NCBI GenBank assembly: GCA_017462485.1
Contig: JAFTRA010000042.1
Location: 119,214-183,213 of the forward strand
DNA: 64,000 nt
Source of the DNA: Clostridia bacterium
GTDB lineage: Bacteria; Bacillota; Clostridia; Oscillospirales; CAG-272
Direction: 5' to 3'
The notes beneath the pieces were generated by a model. It saw only the letters and a program-made list of their open reading frames with translations, was not told the DNA's origin and did no database searches. A program made the position numbers and the translations under genes. Below, piece by piece: positions 54,265 through 63,802 of the stretch. The stretch's first letter is position 1. Each line of letters opens with the position of its first letter.

Positions 54265-54480
54265 ACTAAAATCCTACCTTTTCATCATTCGATTGATTTT
54301 TTCGGCAAACTGTCAAACCCAAGTAAAGTTTAACATAGCTTAAAATTAAAGTCAATATGCTAAATTTATTTTCTACTTTAGTATTGTAAAGCAAAAAAGT
54401 TTGTGCTATACTGTTATATATCTATACTGGACACACAGGAAAACAAGATTTCTTGGCAGTAATATATTACGAGGTGCTTT

Positions 54481-55251
54481 ATGAGAATAGTTATAAAAAT
54501 CGGAACTTCAAATATAACTTACAGCACGGGCTGCCTTAACTTAAGACACGTTGAAAAGCTCGTTAAGGTTATTTCGGATATAAAGAACGCGGGGCACGAG
54601 GTTATACTCGTTTCCTCGGGAGCTATCGCTATGGGTACGGGCAAGCTCAATCTTGCCTCTCGCCCCTCTGAAATTGCGGGCAAGCAAGCGTGCGCTGCGG
54701 TCGGTCAATGCGAGCTTATGTACACATACGACAGACTTTTTGGTGAATATAATCACACGGTAGCGCAGATTCTTCTGACCGCGCCCGACCTTGCGAATGA
54801 TGAAAGATGCCAAAAATTCAAGGCAACCGTGGCAAAGCTCCTCGACTTCAAGGCGCTTCCCATAATAAACGAAAACGACACGGTAGCAACAGAGGAAATT
54901 GAATTCGGTGACAACGACACGCTTGCGGCAAAGGTTGCGGTAAGCGTAGGTGCAGAGCTTCTCGTTCTTCTCTCGGATATTGACGGACTCTATACGGCAG
55001 ACCCGAGGAAAGACGCCTCGGCATCTCTTATTCCCGAGGTGCATAAGCTTGACGACGAAATTATGGCTCTCGGCTCCGGCGCAGGCTCGGCGCACGGCAC
55101 GGGCGGTATGATTACCAAGCTACGCGCGGCAAAAATAGCAACCGCCTCAGGCTGCGATATGATAATAATGAACGGTGACGCCCCTGAAAAGCTATACAGC
55201 GTAACAGACGGAGAGCCGATAGGCACACGCTTTTTCGCAACCGACAATTAA
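54481..55251 (+). CDS. proB: glutamate 5-kinase (short form, no PUA domain)
   Basis: RIVIKIGTSNIT, VILVSSGAIAMG, INENDTVAT, GTGGMITKLRAAKIA. At 256 aa it ends before where a PUA domain would lie. Confidence 0.9.
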   Translation: MRIVIKIGTSNITYSTGCLNLRHVEKLVKVISDIKNAGHEVILVSSGAIAMGTGKLNLASRPSEIAGKQACAAVGQCELMYTYDRLFGEYNHTVAQILLTAPDLANDERCQKFKATVAKLLDFKALPIINENDTVATEEIEFGDNDTLAAKVAVSVGAELLVLLSDIDGLYTADPRKDASASLIPEVHKLDDEIMALGSGAGSAHGTGGMITKLRAAKIATASGCDMIIMNGDAPEKLYSVTDGEPIGTRFFATDN

Positions 55252-55263
55252 TTGGAGATTTTT

Positions 55264-56532
55264 ATGGAAAACTTAAGTTCAACGGCTTTACTTTGCAAAA
55301 GCGCAAAGGCTGCCGTAAACAAAATTTCGGCTATAGGTGACAAGAAAATAAACGCCGCTCTTTTTGAAATGGCAAACGCTATTGAGGCGAGCAGAGATAG
55401 CATACTTGCCGCAAATGAAATTGACATCGAACGCGCGCAAGGTGTTATTTCAGAGGTTATGATAGACAGACTTCGCCTAACCAAAGAAAGAATATCCTCT
55501 ATGGCTGACGGTATTCGCGCGATAGCTGCTCTTCCCTCGCCTCTCGGCATTACCCTCGAAGAAAAGACTCGCCCGAACGGACTCGTTATTGAAAAGATAA
55601 GCGTTCCTATGGGCGTTATAGCGATAATATATGAAAGCAGGCCTAACGTTACCTCCGATGCTGCAGCTCTTTCGCTAAAAAGCGGAAACGTTTGTATTCT
55701 GCGAGGAGGCAAGGAAGCATACAATTCCTCGCTCGCTATCGTCACCGCTATGAAGTCGGGACTAAAAAAAGTGGGTATAACCGAGGACGCTATAAATCTC
55801 GTAAGCGACACGACCAGAGCGAGCGCTACAGAGCTTATGCGAGCTTCGGGGTACGTAGATTTGCTTATTCCTCGCGGCGGAGCGGGACTTATCAGAGCGT
55901 GCGTCGAGAACTCGACCGTCCCCTGCCTTGAAACCGGAACGGGTATATGCCACGTTTACGTTGACAAAGATGCGGATATACAAAAGGCACTTTCAATTAT
56001 AGAAAACGCAAAGACTTCACGCCCCTCGGTATGCAACGCTGCGGAGGTTTGCCTTGTTGATAAGCAAATAGCGGAAAGCTTTCTTCCTCTTCTCAAAGAG
56101 ACTCTCGTCGATAAAAGAGCTGCGGAGGGAAAGACGCCTGTTTGCTTAAAGCTATGCGAAGAGTCTATAAAAATCATTGACGGCGAGAGAGCCTGCAGCG
56201 AGGATTTCGATACCGAATTTTTGGACTATATTCTTGCGGTAAAGGTGGTTCATTCTGCAGACGAGGCTATAGAGCATATAGCAAGTCACTCAACGCATCA
56301 CAGCGAGGCTATCATCACCGAAAACAAGGAAACCGCAAAAAAATTCGTCTCCTCGGTTGACAGCGCCGCAGTATATATAAACGCATCTACGAGATTTACC
56401 GACGGCGGAGAGTTCGGACTTGGGTGCGAAATGGGTATATCTACTCAAAAAATGCACGCAAGAGGTCCTCTCGGTATAAGAGAGCTCACGACCTACAAAT
56501 ACGTTATCACGGGAGACGGACAGATACGATAA
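55264..56532 (+). CDS. proA: gamma-glutamyl phosphate reductase
   Basis: GGAG RBS before the ATG at 55264. IYESRPNVT, ILRGGKEA, CNAAE, HSEAIIT, YINASTRFTDGGEFG. Confidence 0.9.
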   Translation: MENLSSTALLCKSAKAAVNKISAIGDKKINAALFEMANAIEASRDSILAANEIDIERAQGVISEVMIDRLRLTKERISSMADGIRAIAALPSPLGITLEEKTRPNGLVIEKISVPMGVIAIIYESRPNVTSDAAALSLKSGNVCILRGGKEAYNSSLAIVTAMKSGLKKVGITEDAINLVSDTTRASATELMRASGYVDLLIPRGGAGLIRACVENSTVPCLETGTGICHVYVDKDADIQKALSIIENAKTSRPSVCNAAEVCLVDKQIAESFLPLLKETLVDKRAAEGKTPVCLKLCEESIKIIDGERACSEDFDTEFLDYILAVKVVHSADEAIEHIASHSTHHSEAIITENKETAKKFVSSVDSAAVYINASTRFTDGGEFGLGCEMGISTQKMHARGPLGIRELTTYKYVITGDGQIR

Positions 56533-56574
56533 ACGATACGTAAAACCGTACGAAACACAGAAAGAAGTATTCAA

Positions 56575-57363
56575 ATGAACGTTGGATTTATAGGAGCAGG
56601 CAATATGGGCGGCGCTCTGGCGCGCGCTATTTCCAAAGATTTGGAAACTGTTGTTTACATTTACGACAAAAATGAAGAAAAATCGTCAGCGCTTGCAGAA
56701 ATAACCGGGGGGTTCTCTTCAACCTTTGGAGAGGTGATAGAAAAATCAGATTTTCTTTTTCTCGGGGTGAAGCCCAACATTATCGCACAGATATGCGAAG
56801 CGATAGGGAAAGAGTGCCGGAAGGATACCGTAATCGTATCTATGGCGGCAGGCGTAAAAATTTTAAAAATTGAGGAATCACTCGGGGCAAGGCTCCCCAT
56901 GATACGGATTATGCCTAACACTCCGGTGGCGGTTGGCGAGGGACTTACCGCTTACTCGAAAAACGACCTCGTTACATCTGACACCGAAGAAGCATTTAAG
57001 AAAATTATGAGCCTCACGGGAACACTCGTCCACGTGGAAGAGAGCGAAATAGATGCATTCTGCGCTATTGCGGGCTGCGGACCGGCTTATGCTTATATGT
57101 TTATTGAAGCACTTGCAAAGGGTAGTGAGGCTTGCGGAATTCCCCGTGACCGTGCTATTTTCTATGCTTCAAAAATGATAAGAGGCTCGGCAATTATGGC
57201 ACTTGAGAGCGGCATAGACCCGAAAACGCTACGTGAGAACGTATGCTCACCCGGCGGCGCTACTATTGAGGGCGTCAAGTTGCTCGAAAAATGCGGCTTC
57301 TCCGATAGCGTATCATCTGCAATCGACGCGGCGTATAAACGTACGCTTGAGCTTGGCAAATGA
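56575..57363 (+). CDS. proC: pyrroline-5-carboxylate reductase
   Basis: VGFIGAGNMGGAL, RIMPNTP, SPGGATIEG. Confidence 0.9.
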   Translation: MNVGFIGAGNMGGALARAISKDLETVVYIYDKNEEKSSALAEITGGFSSTFGEVIEKSDFLFLGVKPNIIAQICEAIGKECRKDTVIVSMAAGVKILKIEESLGARLPMIRIMPNTPVAVGEGLTAYSKNDLVTSDTEEAFKKIMSLTGTLVHVEESEIDAFCAIAGCGPAYAYMFIEALAKGSEACGIPRDRAIFYASKMIRGSAIMALESGIDPKTLRENVCSPGGATIEGVKLLEKCGFSDSVSSAIDAAYKRTLELGK

Positions 57364-57447
57364 AATAAAAGGCAAACAGTGCTTTTTCAGCAATAAAACA
57401 CACAAACAATACGGAACGCATCTATAATTTCGCTGTTTAAGATAAAA

Positions 57448-57511
57448 ATAGCAAGAGGCTTAAGCGCGTTATCTTTAACGTAGAACACGCTTAAGCCTCT
57501 TGCTATTTTTT
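57448..57511. terminator. bidirectional terminator after proC, overlapping the 3' end of the convergent XRE gene
   Basis: AATAGCAAGAGGCTTAAGCGCG / CACGCTTAAGCCTCTTGCTATT long stem followed by T6. Confidence 0.8.
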
Positions 57512-57745
57512 CGTTTGCTCATTCTCGGTATCTTCCTCTTCATCATTTGCACCGAGTCCCAGTATAAAATCCGCGCTTACGTCATAATATTGGCATAACG
57601 TTATAAGATGATGAAGCGGCAGCTCGTTAGCTCCTCGCTCATATCTTGCGTACATAGTTTGCGACGTTCCCAAAATCTCTGCGATTTCAGCTTGAGTTTT
57701 ATCGTGGTCCTCGCGCAAATCCCGAATTTTCTTGACGTACTTCAT
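57503..57745 (-). CDS. XRE-family HTH transcriptional regulator with acidic tail
   Basis: IRDLREDHDKTQAEIAEILGTSQTMYARYERG HTH. The start is taken at MKYVKK. Confidence 0.8.
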   Translation of the reverse strand: MKYVKKIRDLREDHDKTQAEIAEILGTSQTMYARYERGANELPLHHLITLCQYYDVSADFILGLGANDEEEDTENEQTKK

Positions 57746-57959
57746 ATAGTCACCACGCAAATTCATAGTATAAGTACATTATACCAAGTAAATATGTTTA
57801 CTAACGCATTTAGTAAATATTTTTACTAAAGAAGCGCTTTTATCAACGATTTAAGTCACAAAACATGAAATATTTATACTAAAACAAATACAAATCATTG
57901 ACACCGGGCGATTATTTTGCTAAAATTATCATATAACAATTATAAATCAGAGGTGCGCT

Positions 57960-58877
57960 ATGAAAAAACATTTAATTTCCGTTCAATCGGGAGACTGGTA
58001 CGAAGAGAGTAACGATGATGCAAGCATGAAATATGCCGCGGAGTGCGGAGTAGAAGCTTTGGACTTTAACATCGACCACATAATGAACACTAAAAGCTAT
58101 GCGGAGGGAACGGCTCATTACGAGCTTTGCGATAAGTCCACCGAGGAGTTCGTTCAGCACTTTGCGCCTCTCAAGGCGGCAAGCGAAAAATACGGCGTCG
58201 CATTTTCTCAGATGCACGCTCCCTTCCCTATCTACTTCCCCGGTCAAGACGACGTAAACGATTACATAGTTGAGATGCTCAAAAAGGTTATAGCAACCTG
58301 CGGATACGTTAACTGCCCCGCTCTCGTTATTCACCCTTACGTTTATGCGAACGATGAAGAAGCTGTCAAAATAAATTTTGAAATTTATAAAAAACTCATT
58401 CCCGCGGCAAAAGAGCATAAGGTTAAGATTTGCCTTGAGAATCTCTTTAAGGGGCACAAGGAATGCATATTCTCAAACGTAAGAGATGCCGTCGAGATGA
58501 TTGACATGCTTAACGAAGAGGCAGGCGGAGACGTATTCGGCTTCTGCTTAGACCTCGGTCACGCTAATTTTTTGAGACGCGACGTAAGAGAATTCGTGAG
58601 AGTTCTCGGAAAAAGGCTCACCGTTCTCCACATCCACGATAACAACGGCAACGGCGACTCTCACCTTATTCCCTTTACGCAAACGGATAACTGGGGCACG
58701 AAGTACACGACGGATTGGGAGGGCTTTATAGCAGGACTGCGTGACATCGGATACGAGGGTAACCTCTCATTCGAAACCTTCCGTGGCTTGAAGCTTATAC
58801 CAAAGGACGCGCAAAAAGAGGCTCTCTGCCTTATCACTGCGATAGGCAGATATTTAAGACGCCGTATTGAAGAGTAA
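57960..58877 (+). CDS. sugar phosphate isomerase/epimerase (xylose-isomerase-like TIM barrel)
   Basis: LVIHP, KICLENL, FCLDLGHANF, HIHDNNGNGDSHLIP and SFETF metal-site pattern. Confidence 0.8.
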   Translation: MKKHLISVQSGDWYEESNDDASMKYAAECGVEALDFNIDHIMNTKSYAEGTAHYELCDKSTEEFVQHFAPLKAASEKYGVAFSQMHAPFPIYFPGQDDVNDYIVEMLKKVIATCGYVNCPALVIHPYVYANDEEAVKINFEIYKKLIPAAKEHKVKICLENLFKGHKECIFSNVRDAVEMIDMLNEEAGGDVFGFCLDLGHANFLRRDVREFVRVLGKRLTVLHIHDNNGNGDSHLIPFTQTDNWGTKYTTDWEGFIAGLRDIGYEGNLSFETFRGLKLIPKDAQKEALCLITAIGRYLRRRIEE

Positions 58878-58950
58878 TAATAAATAAAAGCTGCTTCGTT
58901 AAAGCTCGGATATCCGAATTTGACGAAACAGTTTTTTTTTGAAAAGTATA

Positions 58951-58979
58951 TTGACATTTTGATATCATTATGATATCAT
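58951..58979 (+). promoter_or_regulatory. promoter of the SPFH operon with an overlapping direct-repeat operator candidate
   Basis: TTGACA, 17 nt, TATCAT. The spacer and -10 contain GATATCAT twice (58961-68 and 58972-79). Confidence 0.55.
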
Positions 58980-59030
58980 AAATATACCAACATAAATTGG
59001 AAAAATCAGATTTTACAGGAGAAATTTATT

Positions 59031-60047
59031 ATGACAGAAAAGATTCTAGAAAACAAGAAGAACGGTATGTTTGTGCTTCTCGTTGACCTTGCGGCTCTCG
59101 TTGCGGCTCTCGCAATTACTATTCTCGGCGGCATCCGTCTTGATTCGGGAGATCAGGTGTTTGGCGCTGTACTTTTGGTTATAGGACTGATTGGATTGTC
59201 TGTCGGCTGGATTCCCCTCTGCGGACTTCGAATCCTCAAGCCCCAGGAAGCTCTCGTTCTCACCCTTTTCGGTAATTACATAGGCACTATCAAGGGCGAG
59301 GGATTTTATGCGGTTAACCCCTTCTGCTCGTCGGTAAACCCTGCAGCAAAGACCAAGCTCAATCAGAGCGGAGACGTAAATACTATTGAAAATCCCCTTA
59401 CCGCTGCTACAGCAGGCACTGTAACACTCGTTGATAAGAAAATCTCCCTTAAGATAATGACTCTTAACAACAACCGCCAGAAAATCAACGACTGCCTCGG
59501 TAACCCCGTTGAAATTGGTATTGCTGTAACCTGGAGAATAGTTGACACGGCTAAGGCTGTTTTCAACGTTGATAACTACAAGGAGTTCCTTTCTCTTCAG
59601 TGCGACGCATCTCTTCGAAATATCGTAAGACTTTATCCTTACGACGTTGCTCCCGGCATTGACACCACAGGCGACGGTATTGCAGACGACGGAAGTCTCC
59701 GCGGCTCGAGCGACATTGTTGCTTCCCGAATCAGAGACGAAATTCAAATCAAGGTTGAAGAAGCGGGTATAGAGATACTCGAAGCGAGAATCACCTATCT
59801 TGCTTACGCTACCGAAATCGCTGCGGTAATGCTCCAGCGTCAGCAGGCATCGGCTATTATAGACGCAAGAAAAATGATAGTTGACGGAGCTGTCGGTATG
59901 GTTGAAATGGCTCTTGAAAGACTCGCGCAGAACGACACGGTTGTTCTCGACGAGGAAAGAAAGGCGGCTATGGTCTCAAATCTTCTCGTCGTTCTCTGCG
60001 GAAATAAGGATGCCCAGCCCATAGTAAACTCGGGAAGTCTTTACTGA
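59031..60047 (+). CDS. SPFH/band-7 (stomatin-prohibitin-flotillin) domain membrane protein
   Basis: Two N-terminal TM helices, then an SPFH-like core (ITYLAYATEIAAVMLQRQQASAIIDARKMIVDGAVGMVEMAL coiled region). Confidence 0.8.
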   Translation: MTEKILENKKNGMFVLLVDLAALVAALAITILGGIRLDSGDQVFGAVLLVIGLIGLSVGWIPLCGLRILKPQEALVLTLFGNYIGTIKGEGFYAVNPFCSSVNPAAKTKLNQSGDVNTIENPLTAATAGTVTLVDKKISLKIMTLNNNRQKINDCLGNPVEIGIAVTWRIVDTAKAVFNVDNYKEFLSLQCDASLRNIVRLYPYDVAPGIDTTGDGIADDGSLRGSSDIVASRIRDEIQIKVEEAGIEILEARITYLAYATEIAAVMLQRQQASAIIDARKMIVDGAVGMVEMALERLAQNDTVVLDEERKAAMVSNLLVVLCGNKDAQPIVNSGSLY

Positions 60048-60048
60048 T

Positions 60049-60237
60049 ATGCAGAAAAACGAAAAGAAGCAGGTTCCGCTAAGATTAAATAAGGAGCTTT
60101 TTGACAGTCTTTCAGCTTGGGCTGAAGATGATTTTCGTTCTCTCAACGGACAGATAGAGTATCTTCTTACCGAGTGCGTCAAGGTGCGGAAGAAGAGCGG
60201 AAGAAACACTCCTAAAAGCTTTAAAGAAGAAAATTAA
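60049..60237 (+). CDS. small ribbon-helix-helix (Arc/MetJ-like) protein
   Basis: Starts 1 nt after the SPFH stop. KKQVPLRLNKELFDSLSAWAEDDFRSLNGQIEYLL has the beta-strand/helix/helix pattern of RHH proteins. Confidence 0.55.
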   Translation: MQKNEKKQVPLRLNKELFDSLSAWAEDDFRSLNGQIEYLLTECVKVRKKSGRNTPKSFKEEN

Positions 60238-60326
60238 ACCTAATAAAAGCAAATTATTGTTTATAAAATCAAAAAATCAGCCGATTTATATTTCGGCTGA
60301 TTTTTACTTTGTCGTTTTTTATTTAA
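60192..60326. repeat. ~135-bp direct repeat, copy 1 (3' end of the RHH gene, a terminator and a remnant of a convergent gene end)
   Basis: Aligns with 63665-63802 at roughly 90 percent identity by eye, including the hairpin AATCAGCCGA...TCGGCTGATT. Confidence 0.85.
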
Positions 60327-60396
60327 GAAAAATTTGTATGTAGAATGTCGAAAGTATAAAAATTTTAATATTTGACAACTTAGAGTCCCATGTCTT

Positions 60397-61275
60397 TTAT
60401 ACTCTCTTATGCTTTCTATACTGTAAGGGAGACATTTCGAATTGCTTTTTAAAGACGGTTGAGAAATAGTCCGCGGAGGAAAAACCCGAAGCAAAGGATA
60501 TATACCTTACCGAATACTCGGTCGTGCATAAAAGTTCCTTAGAGTAATTCAAACGGCAAATCCGTATTTCCTCGGCTACGCCGTGCCCCGTCACCACGCT
60601 GAAAAGATGCTTAAGATATGACTCACTTATATGGCAATGCTTTGCCACATCTCTTGCGGTAATGGGACTTTCGAAGCTTTTCGCAATATAATCACACGCT
60701 TTCAGAACATAGTCGTTGGCTTCGCGACGAACGGTGTCAAGTAAGTCTGGAATCTCGCTTTCTAGAGTAACGTAGCGTTCCAGCATATTGCCCAGTATCT
60801 TGATAGCCGTCATTACTGTTTCTTCATTATCCGCCTTTAAAAGCGCACTATCGCGAAGCGCCATAAATCTTTTATACGAAAGACCTATGCGACGACTTAA
60901 CGCCATATAAGTGCATTCGTGAAGATTTCCTAAAAAACCTACCGCAGATACCATGCAAACCAGACGATCGCCGCATTTTATCGGCATAACATACTCGCTC
61001 ACTCCGCAAAAGCAAGTGCTTTTTACAACGCCCTCGCCAGAAAGCACCTTATTCACAAAATCCTCTTTTAGATTTACGCAACGCTTGTGCAACTTTTTAT
61101 TCTCCTTTATTTTCAGGCAATAGGGATTCGTATGCCACTTACCCGTTTGACGAAGTGATGAGAGCGTAGTCTTCGAAAGTAATCTGCATTCATCATAGAT
61201 CACGATATCCAGCCCGAGTTGATTTTCAAGTAAATCGATATAATCTCTTATAATTTCAAGCGTTCCCGTTTTCAT
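60397..61275 (-). CDS. AraC-family transcriptional regulator with Cys-containing N-terminal sensor domain
   Basis: C-terminal HTH pair (ARDVAKHCHISESYLKHLFSVVTG ... SFASGFSSADYFSTVFKKQFEMSPLQY). Confidence 0.8.
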   Translation of the reverse strand: MKTGTLEIIRDYIDLLENQLGLDIVIYDECRLLSKTTLSSLRQTGKWHTNPYCLKIKENKKLHKRCVNLKEDFVNKVLSGEGVVKSTCFCGVSEYVMPIKCGDRLVCMVSAVGFLGNLHECTYMALSRRIGLSYKRFMALRDSALLKADNEETVMTAIKILGNMLERYVTLESEIPDLLDTVRREANDYVLKACDYIAKSFESPITARDVAKHCHISESYLKHLFSVVTGHGVAEEIRICRLNYSKELLCTTEYSVRYISFASGFSSADYFSTVFKKQFEMSPLQYRKHKRV

Positions 61276-61396
61276 TCACCCCTTTTTCAAAGTAATATAG
61301 CACAAAATCAAAGTTTTTTTCTTTATTATAGTGCTATAATGGAGAAAAGTCAATAATTTCTTTGAAAACATCTTTTAAATTGTTTGGAGGTGCATT

Positions 61397-63613
61397 GTGG
61401 AAAAGCTTTGGATAGACGCTGTGGATTTTGACGACTACGGAGGTTTCATATTAGAGACACAGTTCATTCGAGAAATGGGACAGCCTTACCTTATGGCAAA
61501 CGGTGTGGGAGAAGCAGTAAGCCCCGCAGAAGCTTCGTTTACCGTAAAAGGCGGCGGAACGTATCGCTTTTTCATAAGAACGAAAAACTGGTGCGCGGAA
61601 CATAATCCCGACGGCCTTGTTCTTGAGGTTGATGGTATGAAGTCAAGGCACGTTTGCTCGGAAATGCGCGTTAACGGTTGGTATTTTGAAATAGGCGCTG
61701 ATTTTATACTAACCCCCGGAAAGCATACGTTGAAGATATACGACACTAAGGGCTGGTTTGCGAGATTTTCGTGCGTGGTAATAACCAACGATTATGATTT
61801 TATGCCGTCAAGAGAGCTGAAGGCTTTAGAGAGACAGCGTAATGAAATTAAAGGACTTGCGTTGGAGGTGTCCGACAAGGGCAGCTTTGATTTAATAGTC
61901 GTAGGCGCAGGAGTTGGCGGTATCGTTGCGGCAATAACAGCGGCAAGATACGGCTTAAAAACAGCTCTTATAAATGACAGACCGAAGCTCGGCGGTAACG
62001 CTGCGGAGGAATCGAACGTTGTTCTTGAGGGCGCAGCTCACCGTGGTTATCACGAGATGGGCGTAGTTTTTGAGATTAAAAATTACAAGCACGCACATAA
62101 TACGAGCTGGTCTTCCGCATTTGAAAAATTCACCTCGCAAGAAGAAAATCTTGAAGTATTTTCCGATATGCTCCTTATAGATGCGGTAACGAATAATAAC
62201 TCAATTACCGAAATTTTCACACTTGACACGCACAGCCTTGCACAGTACAAATTCTCTGCTGACACATTCGTTGACGGCACGGGAGACGGCTGGCTCGGAT
62301 ATTATGCGGGAGCCGCATACCGAATAGGCAGAGAGGCAAAATTCCAGCATAACGAATCCTTTGCTCCCGATGCCGCTGACGGTAATACGATGAGCGGCTC
62401 TGCAACCGGAGTTGACACTGATGTAAACAAGGCTATATTCGGCTATCTCGCAGAAGAGACCGCAGAAGCGGTAGATTTTAAAGCGCCTGATTGGGCATTT
62501 AAGCTCCCCGAGGGAGAGATGCTCGGCAGAGTTCCTTCGAGATTAGAGCGCGGTGAATGGTGGCTTGAAATGCCAAACGATTATGACGACCTTTTCGAAA
62601 ACGAGTACGTCAGAGATTCAATGCTCCGAATGGCAGTAGGCTATTTTGACTGGATGAAAAACTCCTGGAGCGAGCGTGAGAAGGCAAAAAGCTTCAGGCT
62701 CAAATCACTCGGCACGTATAACGCAAAGAGAGAGTCCAGAAGACTTATCGGAGATTATATTCTTACGGAAAACGACTACGTAGAAAATCAAAGCTACTTT
62801 GATTCTATATCCTATTGCGGCTGGAATATTGACGTTCACCACGTTTGCGGAATTTTCTCGGGAGTTGAGGGGAAATTCACCGCAAATAAAAAGATACCGA
62901 TAACACCTATTCCCTTTGGAACTCTTTATTCCAAAAATATTAACAACTTAATGATGGTAGGACGCTGCATCAGTGCAACTCATATAGGACTTGGTCCCGT
63001 AAGAGTTCAACTTACCACGGGGACTATGGGTCAAGCGGTTTCCACCGCAGCATATCTTTGCAAAAAATACGGCAAAAATCCGCGTGCTATAAGAAACGAG
63101 CATATAGGTGAATTGCAACAGCTTCTTATAAAGGACGGCTTATACATACCCGGTGTTTGCCACAACGACCCCAACGACCTCGCAAAAGGTGCACGGGTAT
63201 CCGCAACCTCACACGCCCCCGGCGGTGAGCCGAGCAACGTCATAAACGGCAAGATATGGAAAAAGGACGGAAGTGATTACGCCTGGATATCAAGTGGCGA
63301 TTTGCCCGAGAGCATAACGCTTGAATTTGACGCTCCCAGAACAGTCAGTCAGGTCCGTCTCACATTTGACACTCCATTTAATAAATACAAATACGGTTAT
63401 ATGGAGCAGCCCTTGCCAAAAGAACTTGTTACCGATTTCTCGCTCTCTTTGCTTAAAAACGGTAAATGGACAGAAGTTAAATTGGTAAATGGCAATATTC
63501 AAAGACTCGCAGTTCTCAATATTGAACCGACAGTTGCAAAGGCAATAAAAATCACTGTTTTGAAAACATTTGATTGTAAAAACGCTGTAATATCCGAAAT
63601 ACGCGCTTATTGA
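61397..63613 (+). CDS. FAD-dependent oxidoreductase-like protein with an N-terminal beta-sandwich and a C-terminal discoidin (F5/8 type C)-like domain
   Basis: GTG start after GGAGG. DLIVVGAGVGGIVAAITAARYGLKTALINDRPKLGGNA dinucleotide motif. The C-terminal 150 aa (PSNVINGK ... ISEIRAY) is discoidin-like. Confidence 0.7.
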   Translation: MEKLWIDAVDFDDYGGFILETQFIREMGQPYLMANGVGEAVSPAEASFTVKGGGTYRFFIRTKNWCAEHNPDGLVLEVDGMKSRHVCSEMRVNGWYFEIGADFILTPGKHTLKIYDTKGWFARFSCVVITNDYDFMPSRELKALERQRNEIKGLALEVSDKGSFDLIVVGAGVGGIVAAITAARYGLKTALINDRPKLGGNAAEESNVVLEGAAHRGYHEMGVVFEIKNYKHAHNTSWSSAFEKFTSQEENLEVFSDMLLIDAVTNNNSITEIFTLDTHSLAQYKFSADTFVDGTGDGWLGYYAGAAYRIGREAKFQHNESFAPDAADGNTMSGSATGVDTDVNKAIFGYLAEETAEAVDFKAPDWAFKLPEGEMLGRVPSRLERGEWWLEMPNDYDDLFENEYVRDSMLRMAVGYFDWMKNSWSEREKAKSFRLKSLGTYNAKRESRRLIGDYILTENDYVENQSYFDSISYCGWNIDVHHVCGIFSGVEGKFTANKKIPITPIPFGTLYSKNINNLMMVGRCISATHIGLGPVRVQLTTGTMGQAVSTAAYLCKKYGKNPRAIRNEHIGELQQLLIKDGLYIPGVCHNDPNDLAKGARVSATSHAPGGEPSNVINGKIWKKDGSDYAWISSGDLPESITLEFDAPRTVSQVRLTFDTPFNKYKYGYMEQPLPKELVTDFSLSLLKNGKWTEVKLVNGNIQRLAVLNIEPTVAKAIKITVLKTFDCKNAVISEIRAY

Positions 63614-63627
63614 TTGCTAGAGTAAAT

Positions 63628-63665
63628 AAAAAAGGGACACCTCAGTGTGTCCCTTTGGCTTTTTG
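63628..63665 (+). terminator. intrinsic terminator after the FAD-protein gene
   Basis: AAAGGGACAC / GTGTCCCTTT stem followed by GGCTTTTT. Confidence 0.75.
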
Positions 63666-63802
63666 AAGAGCGGAATAAACACTCCTAAAAGCTTTGAAAA
63701 AGAAAATTAAACCTAATAAAAGCAAATTATTGTTTACAAAATCAAAAATCAGCCGATTTATATTTCGGCTGATTTTTCTTTTGTCGCTTTTTCTTTTATA
63801 AG
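63665..63802. repeat. ~135-bp direct repeat, copy 2
   Basis: See 60192-60326. Here the RHH-gene tail is non-coding, and the other end is the real 3' end of the 63758.. gene. Confidence 0.85.

Noticed and set aside
54265-54480. Possible T-box or amino-acid attenuator upstream of proBAC
   Set aside because: No T-box consensus (AGAGA/GGUGGUACCGCG-like) and no terminator/antiterminator pair is visible. Only a plausible promoter (TTGTAA-17-TATACT) is present.
60261-60494. 77-aa minus-strand ORF between the RHH gene and the AraC gene
   Set aside because: Its 3' part is the frame-shifted duplicate of the C-terminus of the 63758.. membrane-protein gene (direct repeat copy 1), and its 5' part overlaps the AraC gene end. 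It is a remnant, not a gene.
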